Source of the DNA: Deltaproteobacteria bacterium
GTDB taxonomy: Bacteria; JAMCPX01
DNA: 54,138 nucleotides
Direction: 5' to 3'
NCBI GenBank assembly: GCA_023381995.1
Contig: JAMCVD010000112.1
Location: 1-54,138, forward strand
In this document: piece by piece, positions 47,083 to 54,138 of the stretch
Position numbering within the stretch: the first letter of the stretch is position 1
Layout of the letters: each line of letters begins with the position of its first letter
Notes under the pieces: model-generated
Databases searched by the model: none
Told to the model about the DNA's origin: nothing
Seen by the model: the letters and a program-made list of their open reading frames with translations, nothing else
Translations under genes and position numbers: made by a program

Positions 47083-48779
47083 TTTATCTCCCTCGCGTAT
47101 CGTAAATATTCCATCGCCTGTCTCCTCCCGAGCTCCGTTACCGTCTCTCCGGAGAGCATCCGTGCGATCTCGTCGATCCTCTCCTTCTCGTCGAGCACCC
47201 TGACGTCCACCTCCGTCTTGCCCCTAAACGCCCGCTTGGACACGTATATATGATAGTCACCGAACCCGGCAATCTGATGGAGGTGCGTTATGCAGATCAC
47301 CTGATGGTACGCAGAGAGCTCCTTCAGCTTCCTGCCGACAATCTCTGCGGTGGGCCCCCCTATCCCAGTGTCTATCTCGTCGAACACGAGCACCGGCACC
47401 GGGGACGCCTTTACAAGCACCCTCTTTATGGCGAGCATGGTCCTCGAGAGCTCGCCGCCGGACACGATCTCCGTCAGCGGCTTTGCGGGAAACCCCGGGT
47501 TTGCCGAGAAATAGAATCTTACCCTGTCCATGCCGTCTGCACCTATGGGCCTGCCGTCTATCTCCACGGCGTCTTTCGCCTCCGGGGCCATCATTCTTAC
47601 CTCGAACACGGCGCCCCCCATTCCGAGGGTCTTCAGCTCGCCGACGACCTTCCTGCCCAGCTCCCCGGCGATCCCCTTCCGTGCCTTTGACAGCCTGTCC
47701 GCGCCGTCGAAGAGCTGTCTCTCGATCTCGGCCTTTCTGTGCCGCAGCCCCTCAAGCTCCTCGGCTGCGCCGGCGAGGCCGGCGAGCTGCCTCTCGATCG
47801 ACTCCGTGGAGGCGATGACTTCTTTGAGCGTGCCGCCGTACTTTTTTTTTAGCCCATCGATAAGCCCCATGCGCAGCTCCGTCCGGCCGAGCCTCTCGGC
47901 ATCGACGTCTATCCTTCCCAGGTATGCGTTGATGTCCGATGCGATGTCCTTCAGCTCAACGGACACGGACTCGAGCCTGTCCGCGTGCTGTTTCAGCGAT
48001 GGATCAAAGGCCTGCAGGCCCGAGAGGAGCTTGAGCGACCGCAGTATGCCGGCCACGGCCCCGTGCCCGTCCCCCTCTATGATCTCGTGCACCGCGCTCA
48101 GGTCTTCGGCCAGGCGGTGCGCATTCGAGAGTATGCGGTGCTCCTTCTCGATCTCGATGTCCTCGTCCGGCACAAGGTTGGCGGACCGTATCTCCGAGAG
48201 CTGGAACCTCAGCAGCTCTTCCTCCCTGCCGGCACCTGCCACGCGTGTCTGCAGCTCATCGTGGAGGTCTGCTGTCTTTCTGAGCTCCGCGTACAGCGTC
48301 TTCACGCCGAGTGCCTCTCCTTGGAGCCCGGCGTAGGCATCGAGCAGCCGGATGTGCGTCGCATCGTCGAGCAGGCTCTGGTGCTCATGTTGGCCGTGGA
48401 TATCCACGAGGAGCCTGGAGAGCTCGGACAGCATGACCAGCGTGGACGCGGAGCCGTTTATGTACGCCCTGCTCTTGCCCTGGGCGGTTATGATCCGCCT
48501 TATGGCAAGCTCTTGGGACGCCTCGAGCCCGTGCCCGTCCAGGAACGCCTGCACAGCGACATTGTCCCCTACCTCAAAAAGCCCTTCTATGACGGCCTCC
48601 GGTGCCCCGTCCCGTACCATGCCCGGGTCGGCTCTTGCCCCGAGCAGGGCGAGCATCCCGTCGACCATGATCGACTTGCCGGCCCCTGTCTCGCCGCTTA
48701 TCACGCAGAGGTGCTCTCCAAACGGTACAGTCACGTCCTTAAAGACGGCGAAGTCTTTCAACCTGATGGACTTCAGCAT
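47079..48779 (-). CDS. recN: DNA repair protein RecN
   Basis: SGETGAGKS, IHGQHEHQ, SGGELSR, FDEIDTG and QVICITHLHQIA. Confidence 0.96.
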   Translation of the reverse strand: MLKSIRLKDFAVFKDVTVPFGEHLCVISGETGAGKSIMVDGMLALLGARADPGMVRDGAPEAVIEGLFEVGDNVAVQAFLDGHGLEASQELAIRRIITAQGKSRAYINGSASTLVMLSELSRLLVDIHGQHEHQSLLDDATHIRLLDAYAGLQGEALGVKTLYAELRKTADLHDELQTRVAGAGREEELLRFQLSEIRSANLVPDEDIEIEKEHRILSNAHRLAEDLSAVHEIIEGDGHGAVAGILRSLKLLSGLQAFDPSLKQHADRLESVSVELKDIASDINAYLGRIDVDAERLGRTELRMGLIDGLKKKYGGTLKEVIASTESIERQLAGLAGAAEELEGLRHRKAEIERQLFDGADRLSKARKGIAGELGRKVVGELKTLGMGGAVFEVRMMAPEAKDAVEIDGRPIGADGMDRVRFYFSANPGFPAKPLTEIVSGGELSRTMLAIKRVLVKASPVPVLVFDEIDTGIGGPTAEIVGRKLKELSAYHQVICITHLHQIAGFGDYHIYVSKRAFRGKTEVDVRVLDEKERIDEIARMLSGETVTELGRRQAMEYLRYAREIK

Positions 48780-49634
48780 CTATCTCTCGCCCCATTTCAG
48801 CTTCTGTCTGAGGACCTCGAAATAGTTCCTGAGGGGCGGCTTTATCATGGTCGTATAGTGCGCCGATTTCGATATCACGACCCTGCTCCCCTTCCTGAGA
48901 GAGCTCGAGAGCTGGCCGTCGAAGGTTATCACGACGTCCTTTTCGTCCGTCTCGAGCTCGACCTCCACGACTGCGCCGGACGAGAGCACGATGGGCCTGT
49001 TCGTGAGCGTGTGCGGCGATATGGGCGTAAGGATTATCACGTCCGTTGTGGGATAGACGATGGGGCCGCCGGACGCCATCGAATACGCGGTCGAGCCCGT
49101 CGACGTGGATATGATAAGCCCGTCGGCCTTGTAGGTGGTAAGATAGTTGCGGTCGACGCTCGTCCTGAGCGCTATCATTCTCGCTATCGTGCCCTTGGAT
49201 ACCACCGCATCGTTGAGCACGCTGTACGATGCCGACACGCTTTCGCCCTCGAGCACCTGCACGCCGAGCCTCATCCTCTTCTCGTACACGGCGCCGCCCG
49301 ATATCACGAGGTCCGTTACCGTATACAGCTCGTCCATCGTTATCTCGGTCAGGAAGCCGAGCCCTCCGATATTTACCCCGATAACGGGTATGTCCTGATC
49401 GTCTATGAGCCGTATCGCCCACAGGAAGGTCCCGTCCCCGCCGAACACCACGACGACGTCCGCATCGGCGGGTATGCGCCCCTTGAAGCGCCCGAGGCGC
49501 GGTGCCACGGCATCTCCCATGCTCTGCTCTATGGCGACGTCGATTCTCCTCTCGGAAAGGTACTCCGTGTACCTCCCTATCTCACGATAGATCTCCGCTG
49601 ATTTCTTGCTTTTTACAACCAACGCTATCTTCAT
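48780..49634 (-). CDS. nadK: NAD kinase
   Basis: GGDGT, GVNIGGLGFL, LND, ADGLIIST.TGSTAY..ASGGP and PISPH. Confidence 0.95.
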   Translation of the reverse strand: MKIALVVKSKKSAEIYREIGRYTEYLSERRIDVAIEQSMGDAVAPRLGRFKGRIPADADVVVVFGGDGTFLWAIRLIDDQDIPVIGVNIGGLGFLTEITMDELYTVTDLVISGGAVYEKRMRLGVQVLEGESVSASYSVLNDAVVSKGTIARMIALRTSVDRNYLTTYKADGLIISTSTGSTAYSMASGGPIVYPTTDVIILTPISPHTLTNRPIVLSSGAVVEVELETDEKDVVITFDGQLSSSLRKGSRVVISKSAHYTTMIKPPLRNYFEVLRQKLKWGER

Positions 49635-50031
49635 ACATGTGCTCCCCACTTATTGCATTTTTCGATGGCACAATACAAGATAAATCTTCGGACGGACCCG
49701 CTCATCGTCCGCAATACGCATCTCTACGGCAAAGGTTGAACATGGGGACGAACCTTGCTATTGTGCCTTTTGGGTTTAACCGGAAAAATGCATTTGCAAG
49801 ATATGGAAGTTTGTGTAATGAGTGATAAGCCTGCGTCAAACAGGGGTATTCTTCGAATATCAGCAAAAACTATGACGTCGGTTTGTGCATATAAACTTAC
49901 AGAGGACCATACCATCCCTTATGACAAAAAGCTCATAGAGCTTCGGTGGATCGCACGACCCATGCCCCGCATGGGTACCCCGAGCGAATGAGCAAACTTC
50001 CCTATTGCATTTTTCGGGTTAATATAGATAT

Positions 50032-51339
50032 ATGAGACAGCCGCTCGCCCATAGACTGAGGCCCAAAAGCCTCGAAGAGCTCGTAGGACAGGAGCACGTC
50101 CTTGGCCAGGGCAAACCTCTGCGCCAGGCCCTCGATGCCGGTGTCCTGCCTTCCATGATTGTATGGGGGCCGCCGGGCTCCGGCAAGACCTCGTTTATCA
50201 AGCTCATCACGGGCAGCACTGCCTGCGAGCCGATCTACCTGACCGCGGTGTCCACCAACACGAAGGAGATAAACGGGATCCTGAAGGCCGCGAGGGACCC
50301 CCTGCTGTCCGGCAAAAAGCCCGTGCTCATCATCGACGAGCTCCAGCACCTCAACCGCTCGCAGCAGGAGGTCCTGCTGCCATACGTCGAAGACGGGAGC
50401 ATCGTGTTCATAGGCATATCCACGGACAACCCATCCTTCGCCCTCAACCGGGCACTGCTCTCGAGGACGACGCTCGTCGTGTTCGAGCCTCTGAAGGAAC
50501 AGGCGATGAAGACGATCATAGGCCGTGCACTGTCCGGAGAGGGACAGGGCGACGGTATCCGAATGGACGACGACGCAATGGACTACATCATCGTGAGGAG
50601 CAGCGGCGATGCAAGAAAGGCGCTGAACGCCGTCGAGCTCCTGTCCGATATCGCTTTTAAAAGGGCCGACAGGACCATAACCCTTCGGGACGCATCGAAA
50701 CTCTCCGAGGTGAACCTGCTGCCATACGACAGGAAAGAGGACGAGCACTATCACACGATCTCGGCATTCATAAAGAGCATGCGCGGGTCCGATCCCGACG
50801 CGGCGCTCTACTACCTCGCAAGGATGATAGAGTCCGGCGAGGACCCCAGGTTCGTCCTGAGGAGGATGATCATCTTCTCATCGGAAGACATAGGCAATGC
50901 GGACCCGCTGGCCCTGACGATCGCCGTTGCCGCGTTCCAAGCCTTCGAGATCGTCGGTATGCCGGAGGGCTTCATACCGATCGCCCATGCCGTCGCCTAC
51001 CTCGCGTCTTCCCCCAAGAGCAACGCATCCTACCTGGCCTACCTGAAGGCAAAGGAGGACATCCGGAAGTCCGGCTACCTCGACATCCCACGGCACATCG
51101 TGAACCCGGTCACGGAGCCCGGCAGGGAGCTCGGCTACGGCGAAGGCTACAAATACCCGCACGACTACGAGGGGGGACACGTCGAGCAACAGTACCTGCC
51201 GGACAGGCTGAAGGACAGGCGCTACTACGTGCCCAAGAACATCGGGTACGAGAGGGTCATAAAGGAGTATCTGGAGCGGATAAAGAAGGGCGCCGGCGAT
51301 AGAGGCACACCCGGCCCCCTTGCAAACGAGGGGAAATAG
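50032..51339 (+). CDS. rarA: Replication-associated recombination protein A
   Basis: PLAHRLRP, WGPPGSGKT, ALLSR, ISAFIKSMRGSDPDAALYY, SEDIGNADP, KSN and YKYPHDY. Confidence 0.96.
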   Translation: MRQPLAHRLRPKSLEELVGQEHVLGQGKPLRQALDAGVLPSMIVWGPPGSGKTSFIKLITGSTACEPIYLTAVSTNTKEINGILKAARDPLLSGKKPVLIIDELQHLNRSQQEVLLPYVEDGSIVFIGISTDNPSFALNRALLSRTTLVVFEPLKEQAMKTIIGRALSGEGQGDGIRMDDDAMDYIIVRSSGDARKALNAVELLSDIAFKRADRTITLRDASKLSEVNLLPYDRKEDEHYHTISAFIKSMRGSDPDAALYYLARMIESGEDPRFVLRRMIIFSSEDIGNADPLALTIAVAAFQAFEIVGMPEGFIPIAHAVAYLASSPKSNASYLAYLKAKEDIRKSGYLDIPRHIVNPVTEPGRELGYGEGYKYPHDYEGGHVEQQYLPDRLKDRRYYVPKNIGYERVIKEYLERIKKGAGDRGTPGPLANEGK

Positions 51340-51634
51340 CAAGACGGCAATTTCTTTATCAGGGCTGCTCTCCCTCTATCGCTAAGGCCCATCTCTATTC
51401 CAACGGCTATGCATGGGAAGGGGGTACTGCGGTAGTAGTTCAGTCCTTTACCAGAAAGAACCTGAAGTTTAGGCATTCACAGCAATCTCGAGAGGATACA
51501 GGACTACTTCGCCCTTGCTTCCGGCAGGCCTTCAGAACCAAAACTTTCAAGGTAAAATTCGAGTCGTCTAACAAGAAAACAGGAACATCTGTCCCTATAA
51601 TACCTATCACTCCCACCCACCGATCTGCCGTCTC

Positions 51635-52363
51635 ATGATCAAAGAGTTTTTCCCGCACTTTCCGCCCGGCGGGTTTACAAACGAGCTGTTCTTCATGCTC
51701 ATGGCAAATATCGGTACGACGATCGCCCCATGGATGCTCTTTTTCCAGCAGAGCTCGGTGGTTGACAAGGGACTCCGGGAAAAGGACATCAATTTCGGAA
51801 AAGTCGATACGATCATAGGCTCGGTACTGACGGTCGTGGTTGCAATGGTCTTGATCATCGTTTGCGGCAAGCTGCTCTACGGTATACCCATCGACGATGC
51901 GGCTGCAGCGGCCATACACATCATGCCGAGCAGCAGGACCATAGGCACCTTGATAGCAATCGGCCTTTTTGACGCCGGTTTTCTTGGCGCGGTCTGCATC
52001 TCTCTTGCAAGCTCATGGGCATTCGGGGAGATATTCGGCTGGGCCCACTCCCTCAACGACAGGGTGAAGGAAGCGCCGTGGTTTTACGCCTACTATTTCT
52101 TTGACCTCACCTTTGCCGGTGTCGTCGTGCTCATACCGCATGCACCCCTCGTCCTCATTACGCTTTTCGTTCAGGTCATAGCAACGACCCTGCTGCCCCC
52201 TGCCCTCGTATTCCTGATCCTGCTGCTGAACGACAAGAAGACTATGGGTGAGTTCGTCAATACCCACTGGCAGAACATCGTAAACATCAGTATCGTCGCC
52301 CTGATCATCGTGTTGTCTACCATGTACGGCGTGAGCACCATGTTCCCGAACATATTCAAATAG
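51635..52363 (+). pseudogene. C-terminal half of an NRAMP-family (NRMT-like) divalent cation transporter
   Basis: ANIGTTIAPWMLFFQQSSVVDKG, SSWAFGE, APWFY and LLNDKKTMGEFVN. TM1-5 and the DxGN-type motif are absent, with an in-frame TAA about 65 nt upstream. Confidence 0.75.
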
Positions 52364-52369
52364 AGGAGG

Positions 52370-52552
52370 ATGACCGTGATAAAGAATTTCTTCAGCCGTA
52401 TCATCAGAAAGATACATGAAATAAACACGGAGTACAAGACCCCGGGCATACAGATGTCTGACTGGGTGAAGTTTTCACTGTTACTGCTGCGGCTCTATCT
52501 CGTTACCCTGATTGGCCTGTCGCTCTACAAATTCATCACCATGTTGCATTAA
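52370..52552 (+). CDS. Small membrane protein (60 aa)
   Basis: GAGGAGG RBS, one C-terminal TM segment (LLLLRLYLVTLIGLSLYKF) and tight operon spacing. Confidence 0.65.
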   Translation: MTVIKNFFSRIIRKIHEINTEYKTPGIQMSDWVKFSLLLLRLYLVTLIGLSLYKFITMLH

Positions 52553-52563
52553 AGGTGGATGCC

Positions 52564-53853
52564 ATGAACACAACAACAGAAAAGAAACCTGATTCGGGGA
52601 AAAGCGTTTTTTTCCTGAGCGATATAATAAAATCGCCTGTTTTCCTGTCTGCCCCGTCTTCGAAGAAAACCGGCAAGTTGACCGACTTGATCATAGAAGA
52701 CAGGGACAAGTTCGCGGAGGTTACGCACCTTGTCGTAGGCCGTCCCTTCGGTGCCCCCCCCCTGATCGTACCGTGGGGAAAGGTCCATTCGATCGAGCCC
52801 GGAGAGATCGTCATCACTATCGAAAGCCAGAGTGCGTATGCCGTAGACCAGCCCAGAAGTGCGGTATTGTTGAGGGACTACATTCTTGATAAAAAGGTGC
52901 TCGACAGCAAGGGCAGGGAGATCGAGGTGGTCTACGATGTTAAGCTTGTGCTGAAGAACAACAGGCTCTTTATTACGGACGTCGATCTGAGCAAAAGCGG
53001 TCTGCTCCGCAGGATCGGCCTGAGCTGGCTTGCGGATTTCATCAATGCCCTTGCCTCCAGCATCATGAACCGGACCGTCGCGTGGAGCTATGTGGAGCCT
53101 CTCCCCGAGCAGATCGGCAGCTTTAAGGGCGACTTGAAGCTCAAGGTTTTGAAGGAACAGATATCCGATATTCCCCCCGTAGACCTTGCCGACATACTGG
53201 AAGAGCTCGATCCTGAACAGAGGATGGCACTATTCGGGCAATTGGAAACCGGTCATGCATCCGATACACTGGAAGAGATCGATCCCAATATCCAGAGGGA
53301 CATGATCGCTGCGATGAATAAGGAAAGGGCTGCCCAGCTCATCAATGAGATGACGCCGGGACAGGCGGCAGACCTGCTGTCTGTGCTCCCGTGGTGGGAA
53401 GTGGAAGCGATCCTCAAGCTGCTCAATAAGGAAAACGCCGTCAAGATCGGGGACATCCTCAAGAAACAGGAAGAAAAGATCGTGAACTTCGCTGCCTCCA
53501 ACTATTTGAAATTCTCGCCCGGTAAAACCGTGCTGCAGGCACGCAGGGCTTTTCAGCATGAGGCAAAGGGAAAGGAAGCGATCATGTACCTCTACATCAT
53601 AGACGAACAGGGAAAGCTGGTGGGTGTGATAGACATCAAAGAACTGCTCATGGCTGAGGATAGTGCCTTCTTAAAAGACATCATGACAACCAATGTCGTA
53701 AGTCTGAATTTCGACAGTACGCTGAAGCAGGCATGGGAAATGTTCAAGAGATACGGCTTCCGGGCTCTGCCCCTTATAAACGACGACAACAGGATGCTCG
53801 GTGTCGTTCCTCAAAGGGACGTGATGAACCTTACCCACCGCTTTGTGGAGTAA
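52564..53853 (+). CDS. MgtE intracellular-type protein (PRC-barrel + MgtE_N + CBS pair, no TM domain)
   Basis: ILDKKVLD..GR..VYDV, DLADILEEL, ASDTLEEI, AADLL and CBS motifs YLYIID..GKLVGVI and LPLI..RMLGVV. The ORF is open from GTG 52555. Confidence 0.82.
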   Translation: MNTTTEKKPDSGKSVFFLSDIIKSPVFLSAPSSKKTGKLTDLIIEDRDKFAEVTHLVVGRPFGAPPLIVPWGKVHSIEPGEIVITIESQSAYAVDQPRSAVLLRDYILDKKVLDSKGREIEVVYDVKLVLKNNRLFITDVDLSKSGLLRRIGLSWLADFINALASSIMNRTVAWSYVEPLPEQIGSFKGDLKLKVLKEQISDIPPVDLADILEELDPEQRMALFGQLETGHASDTLEEIDPNIQRDMIAAMNKERAAQLINEMTPGQAADLLSVLPWWEVEAILKLLNKENAVKIGDILKKQEEKIVNFAASNYLKFSPGKTVLQARRAFQHEAKGKEAIMYLYIIDEQGKLVGVIDIKELLMAEDSAFLKDIMTTNVVSLNFDSTLKQAWEMFKRYGFRALPLINDDNRMLGVVPQRDVMNLTHRFVE

Positions 53854-54138
53854 CCCGTAAAAAACCTCACGCCCCTTCCCTTCGGGCAGGTATCCACCTT
53901 CTCCCCGGGAGAGGGAACTCGGCAGAGGAAACCAGGGACAGCGACCGGTTTCGGATGATTTACAAAAGGGGAATGGAGATGTTAGAGATGAGGCCTCTTT
54001 TTCTCGGCTCTTATCCCAAAAGTGATCATGGGACTGATAGAACAAAAAGAAAGAGTGTTCGACACTGCGAAGGGAAACACATCCGGACTGCCTGCAATGC
54101 TTCCGTGGTACTCTGCGTGGACTGCTTCTCTCTCGCTA

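Noticed and set aside
47985-49601. Long antisense ORFs (also 14311-15750, 16220-17467, 43849-45159 and others)
   Set aside because: These are shadow frames opposite well-supported genes in GC-rich DNA, with no recognisable motifs.
53860-53930. REP-like or terminator hairpin after the MgtE-like gene
   Set aside because: The stem is short and imperfect, occurs once, and has no U-tract.

Overview
A 54 kb stretch of a moderately GC-rich bacterial chromosome whose gene content and order look deltaproteobacterial (Desulfobacterota/Myxococcota-like; this is an inference). It probably starts at a contig end, because bases 1-111 are an exact inverted copy of 1681-1791. The housekeeping backbone is a truncated S8 subtilase, rlmB, argB-hslU-hslV, xerC, yajC-HD-secDF-recJ, rpoZ-rel-ridA, dksA-like, pilB-pilT-pilC-pilS-pilR, M28 peptidase, mltG, an ADP-forming acyl-CoA ligase, pyrD, an ArgA-like GNAT, recN, nadK and rarA. 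Four accessory blocks stand out. (1) An AT-rich island of four putative defence genes splits xerC from hslVU: a NucS-like/DUF5655 nuclease, a PLD nuclease, and an ABC-ATPase plus TOPRIM-like DUF4276 pair. (2) A dissimilatory sulfur operon, sat-aprBA-qmoABC, continues into a small membrane protein, a TauE transporter and a PEP-synthase-like protein with degenerate ATP-grasp catalytic motifs. (3) An outer-membrane beta-barrel and a 13-heme lipoprotein cytochrome c sit directly behind pilR, where pilA is usually found, making a candidate pilus-linked extracellular electron conduit. (4) A 5'-truncated NRAMP-like transporter lies next to an MgtE-type cytosolic partner. Smaller signals include a G10 frameshift in yajC and a synonymous-diverged 37-bp duplicate of the pilC 3' end that forms a mini-ORF coupled to pilS. 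No rRNA, tRNA or CRISPR array was seen. All family calls come from motif recognition by eye, not from database searches.
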